DNA of 32,000 bases, from the NCBI GenBank assembly GCA_013378385.1, contig JACAFS010000003.1, positions 417 through 32,416 on the forward strand. The letters are read 5' to 3'. This DNA comes from Nitrososphaerota archaeon. Its GTDB lineage: Archaea > Thermoproteota > Nitrososphaeria > Nitrososphaerales > UBA57. A program made the position numbers and the translations under genes. The number at the start of each line of letters is the position of its first letter. Within the stretch, counting starts at the first letter, position 1. Below, in pieces: positions 17,782 through 28,529 of this stretch. The notes beneath the pieces were generated by a model. That model saw only the letters and a program-made list of their open reading frames with translations. It had not been told where the DNA came from and made no database searches.

Positions 17782-19047
17782 TTGAAATATATTCATCAAG
17801 ACTATCAAGATAAGGTTTGGAATGAAATTAATAAATCTAATTTTAAATCATATCATAAACCTCATTATAAGAAATATTCTTTAGCCAATCTTGCACCTAC
17901 AATATTATCACATTTTGGTAAAAAATCAAAAAATATCCTTAATGACAATCTTATACAAACTTCTCTTGATGGCTGTCAATCAATTGTTCTTATACTTATT
18001 GATGGTTTAGGTTTTAATCTAATTAAAAATTCTCTTCATAACCCATTACTTGATAAACTCTATTACAACAATATTGTTATTCCAATAACATCTACTTTTC
18101 CATCAACTACCTCAACTGCACTTAGTACGGTTAATACTGGTATGACTCCTCAACAACACGGTATAATTGGTCATACTATGTATCTCCGAAAATATGGAAC
18201 TATTGCTAATATGGTTAATTTTAGTCCTGAATCTGATCGAAATAGCAGCCGACTTGCAAAATTCGGGTTTGACCCAGAAACTTTTCTTACAAATAACACA
18301 CTTTATCAATCACTTTCTGATATTGATGTCAAATCTAAAGTCCTAACCCGTTGGATATATAAGAAAAGTGCGTTATCACGCATGCTCCATAAAGGTTCAG
18401 ATGTATTACCTTATGTCAATTCTTCCGATATGTTTCTCAATCTTTCTAAAATAGTTAATAAAAAAACCCCATTTACGTTTGTGTATTGGGATGCCCTTGA
18501 TTCTGCCTCACATGTTTACGGTCCATTTACTCCAGAAGTTCAAAGTGAATTAAGAAATATCTTATTTGGATTACTGAATGAATTCATAAAAAATATTAAA
18601 ACTCAATATCGTAATAAAGTTTGTATATTTATTACTGGAGATCATGGATTAGTTCAAGTTAACAAAACTGGAAGGATGTTTACCAACAATATACCAAAAT
18701 TTCTTGATAATTTAAGTCGTCCACCTTCTGGAGACTCACGCACATCTTTTGTAAAACTAGATAACTCCAATACTAATCTTAAAAATATTTTTCAAAAATA
18801 CAAAAATCAATTTGATATATTTCCTAGTAATCAATTTATTAAAGAAGGATTTTTTGGCTCAAAAACTGTGAATAGGGATATATCTTCAGCCTTAGGAGAT
18901 TATACTATACTCTCACGTAAGGGCAATGTACTCATGCACCGATTTAAATCAGATTTTAAAGCCTCTTTATCTGGTTACCACGGTGGACTTACTGATGATG
19001 AATTATTTGTTCCTTTATTTGTTGTTAACCCTAAAAATCTAGATTAA
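17782..19047 (+). CDS. alkaline-phosphatase-superfamily protein (nucleotide pyrophosphatase/phosphodiesterase-like, COG1524-type)
   Basis: 'LILIDGLGFN', 'TSTFPSTTSTALSTVNTGMTPQQHGIIGH' and 'ITGDHG' are metal and nucleophile motifs of the AlkP/NPP fold. I see no obvious signal peptide. The start is TTG. Confidence 0.7.
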   Translation: MKYIHQDYQDKVWNEINKSNFKSYHKPHYKKYSLANLAPTILSHFGKKSKNILNDNLIQTSLDGCQSIVLILIDGLGFNLIKNSLHNPLLDKLYYNNIVIPITSTFPSTTSTALSTVNTGMTPQQHGIIGHTMYLRKYGTIANMVNFSPESDRNSSRLAKFGFDPETFLTNNTLYQSLSDIDVKSKVLTRWIYKKSALSRMLHKGSDVLPYVNSSDMFLNLSKIVNKKTPFTFVYWDALDSASHVYGPFTPEVQSELRNILFGLLNEFIKNIKTQYRNKVCIFITGDHGLVQVNKTGRMFTNNIPKFLDNLSRPPSGDSRTSFVKLDNSNTNLKNIFQKYKNQFDIFPSNQFIKEGFFGSKTVNRDISSALGDYTILSRKGNVLMHRFKSDFKASLSGYHGGLTDDELFVPLFVVNPKNLD

Positions 19048-19850
19048 TTACTTGTTGCTTGCGATAATTCTTTTGCTAAATTATTTAATTTATTTATCAT
19101 CAAATCAGTATTACTTAGATTATCTTCTATAATTTTTATAAATGCACTACCGACTATTACTCCATCCACTCCTAATTTTGTAAAATTACTAACATGTTCA
19201 GGCCTTGATATTCCAAATCCTACTGCAACAGGTACTCTTCCGTTAACTTTCTCTACTATTCTTTTTGTTGCTTGTGAAGAATATTCTGTAAATAAATCTC
19301 TCGTTCCTGTCACTCCAAATAAACTTACCATATAAAGAAAACCACTAGTTGAATCAATTATTCTGTCTAATCTCATATCGTTTGTTGCTGGACTAGCTAA
19401 AAATATAGTATTAATTGACTTTGATTTTGCTAATTTCACATATTCTACAGCTTCTTCTGGTGGTAAATCAGGAGATACTATCCCAGAAATTCCTGCTTTC
19501 TCAGCACCTTGTAAAAATTCTTCAATTCCCATCTTCATTATAGTATTGTAATATGTTAGTAATACTACTGGTACGCCCAATTCTTCTACAATTTTTTTAC
19601 TAATATCTAAAATATCTTTAGTCGTTGTTCCATTTGATAATGATCTCATACTCGATGATTGAATAGTTGGCCCATCTGCAATCGGATCAGAAAATGGAAT
19701 TCCTAATTCAATGATATCTACTCCCCCTTCTACTAATGCTTTTGCTAATTTAGGCGTTAATTCAATTGATGGATCTCCTGCTGTAATAAAACCAATTAAT
19801 AATGATCTCTTCTGTTCTTTTCCTTCTTTGAACTTCTCGGAAATTTTCAT
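19044..19850 (-). CDS. trpA: tryptophan synthase alpha chain
   Basis: '[18 protein letters not shown]' is present. It overlaps trpB by 4 bp. Confidence 0.95.
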   Translation of the reverse strand: MKISEKFKEGKEQKRSLLIGFITAGDPSIELTPKLAKALVEGGVDIIELGIPFSDPIADGPTIQSSSMRSLSNGTTTKDILDISKKIVEELGVPVVLLTYYNTIMKMGIEEFLQGAEKAGISGIVSPDLPPEEAVEYVKLAKSKSINTIFLASPATNDMRLDRIIDSTSGFLYMVSLFGVTGTRDLFTEYSSQATKRIVEKVNGRVPVAVGFGISRPEHVSNFTKLGVDGVIVGSAFIKIIEDNLSNTDLMINKLNNLAKELSQATSN

Positions 19851-21040
19851 AAATTATTCCCTAGATGTTTTGCAATTATTGGAGTATCTTTATCACCTCT
19901 TCCAGATAATGTTACTAAGATAGATTGTTTGTCTCCTAGTTTTTGTGCACGTTTTATTGCTTCTGCAATAGCATGAGATGTTTCTAATGCAGGAATTATT
20001 CCTTCTAATCTTGACATCTCAACAAACGCATTAACTGCTTCTTCGTCATTTATACTGACGTATTCAACTCTATCCTGAGATTTTAGAAATGAATGTTCTG
20101 GCCCTACTCCTGGATAATCTAATCCTGCCGATATACTATGAGTTTCTTGAATCTGCCCATCTTCATCTTGTAATAAATAACTACGTGCACCATGAAGTAC
20201 TCCTTCACTTCCTGCAACTAACGTCGAAGAATGCTTTCCTTTGTCAATTCCTAGACCTCCTGCTTCTACTCCTACTAGTTTACATTCATCATCTAAAAAT
20301 GGATAAAACGTTCCAATTGCATTACTTCCTCCTCCTACGCAAGCAATTAGTATGTCTGGAATCTCTTGAGAAGTAATCTTTGGAAATTGTTCTTTAATCT
20401 CTTTTCCTATTACACTCTGAAAATCCCTGACAATCATTGGATAAGGGTGCGGTCCTACAACTGACCCAATAAGATAATAAGTCGATTCTACATTTGTTAC
20501 CCAATCTCGTATAGCCTCATTTATTGCGTCTTTTAGCGTCTGCGAACCACTCTTCACACTGTGTACTTCTGCTCCTAATAATCTCATTCTAAATACATTT
20601 GGACTCTGTCTTTCTACATCATTACTTCCCATGTATATTTCACACTTCAAATCTAATAATGCACATGCCATTGCAGTAGCAACGCCATGTTGACCTGCAC
20701 CAGTTTCCGCAATAATACGTTTTTTCCCCATTGATTTCGCTAACAATGCTTGACCAATGCTGTTGTTGATTTTATGTGCACCACCATGTAGCAAATCTTC
20801 ACGTTTAAAATATATTTTTCCACCATATTTTTTTGAAAGATTCTCTGCAAAATAAATTGGCGTAGATCTTCCTGCATAATCTTTTAATAATTTTGATAAT
20901 TTTTCATTGAATTCCTTATTTTCTTTAATCTCATTATATTTCTCTTCTAATTCGTCTACTACGGGCATTAATGTCTCAGGAACATACTTTCCACCAAATG
21001 TACCAAATTTTCCATCAGTTGGCTGTGATTTCAAATTCAT
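19847..21040 (-). CDS. trpB: tryptophan synthase beta chain (TrpB1-type length)
   Basis: '[10 protein letters not shown]' and '[13 protein letters not shown]' are present. The protein is 397 aa. Confidence 0.97.
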   Translation of the reverse strand: MNLKSQPTDGKFGTFGGKYVPETLMPVVDELEEKYNEIKENKEFNEKLSKLLKDYAGRSTPIYFAENLSKKYGGKIYFKREDLLHGGAHKINNSIGQALLAKSMGKKRIIAETGAGQHGVATAMACALLDLKCEIYMGSNDVERQSPNVFRMRLLGAEVHSVKSGSQTLKDAINEAIRDWVTNVESTYYLIGSVVGPHPYPMIVRDFQSVIGKEIKEQFPKITSQEIPDILIACVGGGSNAIGTFYPFLDDECKLVGVEAGGLGIDKGKHSSTLVAGSEGVLHGARSYLLQDEDGQIQETHSISAGLDYPGVGPEHSFLKSQDRVEYVSINDEEAVNAFVEMSRLEGIIPALETSHAIAEAIKRAQKLGDKQSILVTLSGRGDKDTPIIAKHLGNNL

Positions 21041-21858
21041 TTTCTTACACTTGTTAACTCCTTTATCTTCTTTTCAATATTGTCTGACTTCATTATTGAT
21101 GTTCCTATTAGAAATCCATTAACTCCTGATTTACCAATGATTTTTATATCTTCACTAGTCAATATTCCACTCTCACTTATTATTGGTTTATCCATCTTAA
21201 ACTCTTCTCCTAAAATTCTGTTTGTCGTTTTCATATCTAATTTTAATGTATTAAGATCTCTATTATTTATGCCCAGTATGTCTACATCCCTTGTAACTGC
21301 TTTATCAAATTCTTGTTTATTGTTAACTTCTAATAATATCTCTAATCCCAATTTTTTTGCACACGCAATCAATTGTTCAAGTTTATTTTGATTATCTACA
21401 AATAAAGTCTCTATTAATAATATTACATCTGCCCCTAAATTATAACCTGCATCAATCTGTCTCTCATCAATAATAATATCTTTCATTAATATTGGTAAAT
21501 TTGTATTCTGTCTTATAATTTTCAGATTATCTAAAGATCCATCAAAATACAACGGTTGAGTCAAAACTGATATTGCAGATGAGCCATTTACTTCCATTTT
21601 AGTAAGAATTTCTCTCTGACTGTTGGAATTACTGTTTATTTCGCCTAATGAAGGCGATGAAAATTTAATTTCTGTAATAATTGGATAGTTCTCTTTTTTT
21701 GATAATAATACGTCTTTCAGACTCGTATTTTTACGTTCAATCTTTTCGGATACATTGTAATATCCTTTATTGATTAATTCTCTAATCTCATCGGCAATTA
21801 CTGTTAAAAACTTATTATCAAACCGATTCGAATTGTTCAATTCTCTCCATGTCTCCAT
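21037..21858 (-). CDS. trpC: indole-3-glycerol phosphate synthase (single domain, no TrpF fusion)
   Basis: '[11 protein letters not shown]', '[12 protein letters not shown]' and 'GINNRDL' are present. At 273 aa there is no room for a fused TrpF domain. Confidence 0.93.
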   Translation of the reverse strand: METWRELNNSNRFDNKFLTVIADEIRELINKGYYNVSEKIERKNTSLKDVLLSKKENYPIITEIKFSSPSLGEINSNSNSQREILTKMEVNGSSAISVLTQPLYFDGSLDNLKIIRQNTNLPILMKDIIIDERQIDAGYNLGADVILLIETLFVDNQNKLEQLIACAKKLGLEILLEVNNKQEFDKAVTRDVDILGINNRDLNTLKLDMKTTNRILGEEFKMDKPIISESGILTSEDIKIIGKSGVNGFLIGTSIMKSDNIEKKIKELTSVRK

Positions 21859-22879
21859 CTACAAATCGAATAAATTCTTTTAATTTATTAATACATTTTC
21901 CTGAATTCAATACTGTTCTTGCTATTTCTACTCCTTCTGAAATTGACGATGCTTTTCCTGCAACAATAAATCCTACTGCACTATTTGCTATTACTGCTTC
22001 AACATTTGGATTATCTATATCTAATCTATTCGCGAGAATTTTATACATTATTTCGGCATTATAATCTATTCCAGTTCCAGCTATGTCTTGAGCATTAATC
22101 TTTTTCAAACCAAAATCATCTGGTTTTACAATAATCTCTTCTCCTTCGTTCTCTAAATCTCCAATAAATCTCATTTTTGTTTCACCAAATGTAGCAATTT
22201 CATCTAAACCATCCAAACCATGTACGATTATAGCTCGTTTACAGCCAAGTTTAGGTAATATAGCTGCATATTTATCAACTAATTCGGTATTCGCCACACC
22301 AACAATCATTGAATCTGCACTTGCAGGGTTTGTTAATGGACCTAAAATATTGAAGATTGTCCTTACTCCTATTTCTTTTCTAGTTCCTATGACATTTTTC
22401 ATTGCAGGATGAAATATTGGAGCAAACATAAATCCTATTCCATTTTTTTCAATGGATTCTTCTACTTTTTCTGGTTCTGTATCAAGACGATACCCTAATC
22501 TATCAAGGACATCTGCACTTCCACATTTTCCAGTAGCTGCTCTATTTCCATGCTTCGCTATCATAATTCCTGACGTCGCTAAAACAAATGCTGAAATTGT
22601 GCTCAAATTGATTGTTTTAATTCTGTCTCCGCCAGTTCCTACTATATCTACTAGTCTATTATCATGATTTGGCTTTATTCTATTAGCAAATTCCTTCATA
22701 GTCTGGGCTAATGCTACAATCTCTTCAATTGATTCTCCCTTCATACTCAAAGATATTAAAAATGCAGATATTTGTGATGGCGTAGCAGAACCTGACATAA
22801 TCTCTTTCATTGCTTGAGATGCTTCATCACTCGAAAGTGCATCTCTATTTACATTCTTTTTAATTGCGTCTACTATCAT
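21818..22879 (-). CDS. trpD: anthranilate phosphoribosyltransferase
   Basis: 'VDIVGTGGD' and 'AKHGNRA' are present. Confidence 0.95.
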   Translation of the reverse strand: MIVDAIKKNVNRDALSSDEASQAMKEIMSGSATPSQISAFLISLSMKGESIEEIVALAQTMKEFANRIKPNHDNRLVDIVGTGGDRIKTINLSTISAFVLATSGIMIAKHGNRAATGKCGSADVLDRLGYRLDTEPEKVEESIEKNGIGFMFAPIFHPAMKNVIGTRKEIGVRTIFNILGPLTNPASADSMIVGVANTELVDKYAAILPKLGCKRAIIVHGLDGLDEIATFGETKMRFIGDLENEGEEIIVKPDDFGLKKINAQDIAGTGIDYNAEIMYKILANRLDIDNPNVEAVIANSAVGFIVAGKASSISEGVEIARTVLNSGKCINKLKEFIRFVDGDMERIEQFESV

Positions 22880-23466
22880 TCGTTATTACCTTCAATAAAA
22901 TTCATTAATAACTTTCTTCCTGATTCAGTTAAAATAGACTCTGGATGACATTGAATTCCTTGTATATTGTATTCTTTATGCTTTAGCCCCATAATCTCGT
23001 TGTCATCTTCCGATCTTGCCGAAATAATTAATTCATCTGGCAATGTTTCCTCATCCACCACTAAAGAATGATATCTAGTTGCTCTAAAAGGATTTGGAAG
23101 ATTCTTAAAGATACCAGTTCCATTATGTTTAATCATACTAGTTTTTCCATGTTTCAATGTTTTTGCACGTCTAATCTTTCCTCCAAAAGTATGACCTATT
23201 CCTTGATGTCCAAGACAAACACCTAATACCGGTATTGATTTTTCTCCAGACAATTTAATAATTTCCGAACATATTCCAAAATATCTTTCATCACATGGGT
23301 TGCCGGGCCCTGGTGAAATGACTACTCTGTCTGGTTCTATTTGATTAAACTTTTCAACACTAATTTTATCATTCCTGTATACCTTTGGTTCTATTGATAA
23401 TTCTCCAAAGTATTGTACAAGGTTGTATGTAAACGAATCATAATTGTCTATTATTAATAATTTCAT
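22876..23466 (-). CDS. trpG: anthranilate synthase component II (glutamine amidotransferase)
   Basis: 'LGVCLGHQ' and 'IQCHPES' form the class I GATase triad context. Confidence 0.95.
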   Translation of the reverse strand: MKLLIIDNYDSFTYNLVQYFGELSIEPKVYRNDKISVEKFNQIEPDRVVISPGPGNPCDERYFGICSEIIKLSGEKSIPVLGVCLGHQGIGHTFGGKIRRAKTLKHGKTSMIKHNGTGIFKNLPNPFRATRYHSLVVDEETLPDELIISARSEDDNEIMGLKHKEYNIQGIQCHPESILTESGRKLLMNFIEGNNE

Positions 23467-24830
23467 TTTATACTAACTCCTTTTTTAGCCATTTCTAATG
23501 CGGCAATTAATGCACTTGCTTTTTGTTCTGTTTCAAACCACTCTCTTTCTGGAATGGAATCTGCAACAATCCCTGCTCCAGCTTGAATGTATGCATCATT
23601 TCCTTTTACAACAAGTGTTCTGATTGTTATTGCAAAATCTGCACACATATTCTTAGAAAAATAACCTAATGCTCCTGCATAAGGGCCTCTTGATTCTTCT
23701 TCTAACTCCTGAATTATTTCCATTGCACGAATCTTTGGTGCGCCTGATACTGTTCCTGCAGGAAATATCGCTCTTATTGCATCAAAACAGTCTCTATCCT
23801 TCTTTAACTCTCCAATCACTTTTGATACAATGTGTTGTACATGACTGAACTGATGTACTTGCATAAATTCTGGTACTTTTACTGATCCGAATTTGGCAAT
23901 TTGACCTACATCATTTCTTGCTAAATCTACTAACATCACATGTTCTGCTCTTTCTTTCTCATCTGATAATAATTCATCAGTTAATTGTTTATTTTTCTCT
24001 TCGTCATTATCTCTTGGTCTAGTTCCTGCTATTGGAAATGTTTCAATCTGATTCCCTGTAACCCTTACAAGCATTTCTGGACTAGACCCAATTATATTTA
24101 CATTCTTAGTCTTGTAATAATACATATACGGAGACGGATTTATTGTTCTAAGCGCTTTATATATTGATAATAAATCTCCTGTTATTTCGAATTCATACTT
24201 CCTCGATAATACAACTTGGAATATATCACCTGATCTAACATATTCTTTTGCAACGTCAACATTCTTCTCAAACTTTTCTTTATTTATGTTCGAAGTGGGT
24301 TCTGTATAATCTATTGTTCCGATCTCTCTTTGTAAGGTTAATGATTCTAATATTTCCTCTAAGTTGTTCTGTCCTGAGTAATAATAATAAGATTTATTTC
24401 TTTCATGGTCAAATATTATTCCTTCATTAAATAATCCAAATTGAAAGTCAGCATAAGTTCTTTTAGTATAATTATCCGATATATCTTCCCAACATCTGAC
24501 TATATCGTAGGAAATAAAACCCACCAATCCACCAATTAATCTATTAAAATTATTGTCTACATGATTTTCTTTTAATATTTCTCTTAAATTACTAAATAAA
24601 TCATAAGAATTACTAACATCTGTGGTATTCTCTTTATCATCCTTACTTATTCTGATAGTATTGTTGTCTAAAGTAATCTTTAACGAAGGATTAAATCCAA
24701 TATAAGAAAATTCTGATAACTTTTCAGGCCCCAATATTGACTCTAATATGTAAATATCATCAAACTTTTCCGATAACCTGACAAATGTTTCAAATGGTGA
24801 AATTTTTATGTCGATTTCTTCAAAATTCAC
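23463..24830 (-). CDS. trpE: anthranilate synthase component I
   Basis: 'PSPYMYY', '[11 protein letters not shown]' and '[14 protein letters not shown]' are present. The start is GTG. Confidence 0.95.
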   Translation of the reverse strand: MNFEEIDIKISPFETFVRLSEKFDDIYILESILGPEKLSEFSYIGFNPSLKITLDNNTIRISKDDKENTTDVSNSYDLFSNLREILKENHVDNNFNRLIGGLVGFISYDIVRCWEDISDNYTKRTYADFQFGLFNEGIIFDHERNKSYYYYSGQNNLEEILESLTLQREIGTIDYTEPTSNINKEKFEKNVDVAKEYVRSGDIFQVVLSRKYEFEITGDLLSIYKALRTINPSPYMYYYKTKNVNIIGSSPEMLVRVTGNQIETFPIAGTRPRDNDEEKNKQLTDELLSDEKERAEHVMLVDLARNDVGQIAKFGSVKVPEFMQVHQFSHVQHIVSKVIGELKKDRDCFDAIRAIFPAGTVSGAPKIRAMEIIQELEEESRGPYAGALGYFSKNMCADFAITIRTLVVKGNDAYIQAGAGIVADSIPEREWFETEQKASALIAALEMAKKGVSIK

Positions 24831-25022
24831 GCTAAATTTATTCGTGCCAAAAACGATCGCCCATATTACTCACAATTACTTATTATAATTTGTATATATT
24901 TAAATAAATTACAGACGATTTGACCATTTAATAAAATATTAAAAAATATCTCATTGGCAATCTGATTTGTTGAATACTAAACCAAGAAGTTATATTCCAG
25001 TAAATTGCGAGAAATAGATAGT

Positions 25023-25394
25023 ATGTCTAAGCCTTATTACGTCAAAGTTGAAATTCCAAAAGAAATAGCTGAAGCAAGTTATGAAGCTCTTCGACAAGCA
25101 AAACAGACTGGCAAAATCAGAAAAGGTACTAATGAAGCTACCAAGGCTATTGAACGTGGAATTGCTAAATTAGTTGTTATTTCTGAAGATGTAGATCCAC
25201 CTGAAGTTGTTGCACATCTTCCTATTTTATGTAACGAAATGAACATTCCATTTGTATTTGTACCACAAAAAGAATTACTTGGTCAAGCAATTAGTATTGA
25301 TATAGGTACAGCAGTAGCTTGTATTGTCGAACCTGGCGATGCAAAAGCAACTCTGGATAAAATTATTGATTCACTAAATAATTTAAAAGGTTAG
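25023..25394 (+). CDS. rpl7ae: 50S ribosomal protein L7Ae (K-turn binding)
   Basis: 'IRKGTNEATKAIERGIAKLVVI' is present. I prefer the ATG at 25023 over the in-frame TTG at 25005. Confidence 0.95.
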   Translation: MSKPYYVKVEIPKEIAEASYEALRQAKQTGKIRKGTNEATKAIERGIAKLVVISEDVDPPEVVAHLPILCNEMNIPFVFVPQKELLGQAISIDIGTAVACIVEPGDAKATLDKIIDSLNNLKG

Positions 25395-25404
25395 ATCATA
25401 ATCT

Positions 25405-25623
25405 ATGAGCTCTAAGGAAATTCAAGAAGATAAAACTCCTTGTGAAGTAATACAAATCGTTGGACGCACTGGCGTTGCTGGTGAAATTACACAAGTTAGA
25501 GTAAAAATCTTAGATGGAAAAGATAAAGGGCGTATTCTCACAAGAAATGTTAAAGGACCTGTTCGTATGAATGATATAATTATACTTCGTGAAATTGAAA
25601 GAGAAGCCCGTAAGATAAGGTAG
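25405..25623 (+). CDS. rps28e: 30S ribosomal protein S28e
   Basis: '[23 protein letters not shown]' is present. Confidence 0.95.
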   Translation: MSSKEIQEDKTPCEVIQIVGRTGVAGEITQVRVKILDGKDKGRILTRNVKGPVRMNDIIILREIEREARKIR

Positions 25624-25633
25624 ATGGCTATAC

Positions 25634-25819
25634 TTGTTATCATTAAAAAAATGTACTTTTTGTGGAAAAGAAATAGCATTCGGTAACGGTACTATGTATA
25701 TTAAAAATAATGGAGATATTAGTTGGTTTTGTTCTTCTAAATGTAGAAAAAATACTTTGGATCTTAAACGTGATTATAGAAAATATAAATGGGCTAGAAA
25801 AGGAAAGTCGGTAGTTTGA
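25634..25819 (+). CDS. rpl24e: 50S ribosomal protein L24e
   Basis: 'KKCTFCGKEI...FCSSKC' is a zinc-ribbon-like pattern. The start is TTG. Confidence 0.9.
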   Translation: MLSLKKCTFCGKEIAFGNGTMYIKNNGDISWFCSSKCRKNTLDLKRDYRKYKWARKGKSVV

Positions 25820-26220
25820 CTGACAAAACTCTTATTCTAATCAAACCGGACGGTGTAAAAAAAAGACACATTGGTGATATAATAAGTCGTTTTGAAGAAC
25901 GTGGTTTTAACATCTTACATGTTCGCATGTTAACAATGAACTCTGACCAAGCTTCTGATTTTTATTCAATCCATAAAGAGAAACCATTCTTTTCTGAACT
26001 CATCGATTACATAACTTCAGGTCCAATAGTTCAGGTTGTTTTAGAAGGTAATTCTGCTATTGAGGTTGTCAGACAGATGGTTGGAGCAACAAACTCTCTT
26101 AAAGCAGCATCTGGTACAATTCGAGGTGATTTTGGCTTAAGTCATACTGAAAATGTAATACATGCATCTGACTCTGTAGATAGTTTCGAAAGAGAATTTA
26201 ATATTTTATCAAATATTTAA
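25816..26220 (+). CDS. ndk: nucleoside diphosphate kinase
   Basis: 'TLILIKPDGV' and 'NVIHASDS' are present. The TTG start forms a TTGA overlap with the L24e stop. Confidence 0.95.
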   Translation: MTDKTLILIKPDGVKKRHIGDIISRFEERGFNILHVRMLTMNSDQASDFYSIHKEKPFFSELIDYITSGPIVQVVLEGNSAIEVVRQMVGATNSLKAASGTIRGDFGLSHTENVIHASDSVDSFEREFNILSNI

Positions 26221-26262
26221 TAATTCTAAATAAAGACCTTTTACATTACTAATTGTAGATGA

Positions 26263-28041
26263 TTGATAATGAATTCTAAATTTAGACAACCAATTGTTGT
26301 AGTATTGGGTCACATTGATTCTGGTAAAACTTCACTTTTAGATAAAATTCGTGGAACAGCTGTTCAATCTCGTGAAGCAGGAGGTATTACTCAACATATT
26401 GGCGCAAGTTTCTTTCCTATTGAAACTCTAGAACAACTTTGCGGTAATCTTCTCCAAAAAGTAGGTGGAAAAATTGATATTCCTGGCATACTTGTTATCG
26501 ACACACCTGGACACGCTGTGTTTACTAATCTTAGAAATCGTGGAGGTTCTGCTTCAGACATCTCTATTCTTGTAATTGACGCTATGAAAGGTATTGAAGT
26601 ACAAACGCGTGAAAGTCTTGACATACTCAGGAAACGTAAGGTTCCTTTTCTCATAGCACTTAACAAACTTGATACCGTACCTGGATGGAGACCTTCTTCA
26701 AGTTTAACTTCATCCTTAAAACAATTAGACGAAACTACTCAAAATAATCTTGATGGAAGAATATACAACGTAGTTGGCGAACTATCGAGATATGGAATAC
26801 AATCTGAAGCATTTTATAGATTACAAGATCCACAAAAACAAGTTGCAATAGTTCCTGTTAGTGCGAAAACAGGAGAAGGAATACCCGAATTAATCTCATT
26901 ATTGATTGGCCTAACTCAAAGTTACTTAAAACAAAAACTTACTGTTAGTGATGATACTCGAGGAATAGTTCTCGAAGTTACTGAAGAACCTGGTTTAGGA
27001 GATACTGCTAATATTATTCTCACTGATGGAGTATTAAATAAACACGACGAAATCGCAGTAGCAAAAAAAGACGGAGCCGTTACTACAAAAATTAAAGCGA
27101 TATTTATGCCAAAACCGTTAGATGAAATGCGAGATCCACGCGATAAATTCACTCCTGTTGATCAAGTAGTGGCCGCTTCTGGTGTAAAAATTTCTACTTC
27201 TGATCTAGATGGAGTTCTTGGAGGTTCACCGATAATTGGCATTACTGATGGTAATATTGATTCAGTAAAAAATGAAATCGAATCCGAGATTAAAGCAATT
27301 TTTGTTGAAACTGATAGTGTTGGTATTATTGTAAAAGCTGACACTCTTGGTTCCCTTGAAGCTGTTGTAGATACTCTAAAAGAAAATGATATATCAATTA
27401 GTACTGCTGATACAGGAATGGTTTCCAGAAAGGATGTAGTTAAGGCTCAAGTAATTACTGAAACCAATAAATATTTAGGAAGTATTCTTGCCTTTGGTGT
27501 TAAAGTTCTTGATGATGCTAAAGACGAAGCAAATAAAAATGGAATAAGAATATTTTCACAACCTGTCCTTTATGATTTAGTCGATGAATATAGGGATTGG
27601 GTAACTTCTGATAAGGAAAACATGCAAAAAACTGAACTCGATTCGATAATGATGCCCTGTAAATTTCAACTAATAAAAGGAATGGTCTTTCGAAGAAACG
27701 GTCCTGCCGTATGCGGTGTAGAAATTCTTGGCGGTTCCTTAAAACAAAAATCTATTATAATAAATTCTACAGGTAAAGAAGTCGGCGTTATTAAACAAAT
27801 TGAAGATAATGGCGAAAATATTAAACAAGCAGCTAAAGGCAGTGAAGTCGCTGTCTCAATGAACGAACCTGTTATTGGACGTACTATTCGTGAAGGCGAA
27901 ATTTTATATTCTTTGCCTAATGACATAGGCGTCAGATTATTAAAAGAGCGATATCATGATTCATTATCTGACGAAGAATCTAATATTTTAGACGAAATTA
28001 TTACCTTACGACGTAAAGTTGTACCTTTGTATGGATTTTAA
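26263..28041 (+). CDS. infB: translation initiation factor aIF5B (IF2-like GTPase)
   Basis: 'VLGHIDSGKTSLLD', 'DTPGH' and 'LNKLD' are G-domain motifs. An alternative ATG start lies at 26269. No intein is present. Confidence 0.95.
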   Translation: MIMNSKFRQPIVVVLGHIDSGKTSLLDKIRGTAVQSREAGGITQHIGASFFPIETLEQLCGNLLQKVGGKIDIPGILVIDTPGHAVFTNLRNRGGSASDISILVIDAMKGIEVQTRESLDILRKRKVPFLIALNKLDTVPGWRPSSSLTSSLKQLDETTQNNLDGRIYNVVGELSRYGIQSEAFYRLQDPQKQVAIVPVSAKTGEGIPELISLLIGLTQSYLKQKLTVSDDTRGIVLEVTEEPGLGDTANIILTDGVLNKHDEIAVAKKDGAVTTKIKAIFMPKPLDEMRDPRDKFTPVDQVVAASGVKISTSDLDGVLGGSPIIGITDGNIDSVKNEIESEIKAIFVETDSVGIIVKADTLGSLEAVVDTLKENDISISTADTGMVSRKDVVKAQVITETNKYLGSILAFGVKVLDDAKDEANKNGIRIFSQPVLYDLVDEYRDWVTSDKENMQKTELDSIMMPCKFQLIKGMVFRRNGPAVCGVEILGGSLKQKSIIINSTGKEVGVIKQIEDNGENIKQAAKGSEVAVSMNEPVIGRTIREGEILYSLPNDIGVRLLKERYHDSLSDEESNILDEIITLRRKVVPLYGF

Positions 28042-28089
28042 TATATTTCAAAAAGATTTATAGATATAAAAAAGAAGTGAAATGTTACT

Positions 28090-28509
28090 TTGGCAGAATT
28101 TAAAATTGTAGTTTCAGATCCCAAAACAGGAAAATCCATAACTAAGGAGATTAAAGATAAATCTGCCCAAACCTTGATGGGCATGAAAATTGGTCAAGAA
28201 ATAGATGCTACTATTGTAGATATTGATGGAACTCTCAAAATTAGCGGAGGAAGCGATAAAGTCGGATTTCCAATGCGAAGTGACGTTCATGGGAGTGCTA
28301 GAAATAACATACTCTTAACATCAGGTGTTGGATTTCGCTCTAAAGTTAAAGGCATGCAAAAACGAAAAATTGTTCGTGGCAGTATGATTTCTGATGAAAC
28401 CTACCAAATTAATACAATTCTAGTTAAGGGTAATCTTGTTCTTGATAAGCCAGCTGAAGAAGCTAAGGCGGAAGAAAAGCCAGCTGAAGAAGCTAAGACC
28501 AAAGAATAA
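28090..28509 (+). CDS. rps6e: 30S ribosomal protein S6e (eS6) with a repeat-derived C-terminal tail
   Basis: 'FKIVVSDPKTGKS' and 'ISGGSDKVGFPMR' are present. The tail is '[20 protein letters not shown]'. The start is TTG. Confidence 0.9.
   Translation: MAEFKIVVSDPKTGKSITKEIKDKSAQTLMGMKIGQEIDATIVDIDGTLKISGGSDKVGFPMRSDVHGSARNNILLTSGVGFRSKVKGMQKRKIVRGSMISDETYQINTILVKGNLVLDKPAEEAKAEEKPAEEAKTKE
28447..28497 (+). repeat. About 1.7 copies of the 30-bp unit gaagaaaagccagctgaagaagctaaggcg (EEKPAEEAKA)
   Basis: By direct reading, these 51 nt are identical to the array at 31889-32000. Confidence 0.95.
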
Positions 28510-28529
28510 GATAATAATAAATTCAATTA

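Noticed and set aside
21037-21858. Possibility that trpC is a TrpC-TrpF fusion, which would explain the missing trpF.
   Set aside because: The ORF is only 273 aa and shows IGPS motifs throughout, so there is no room for a PRAI domain.
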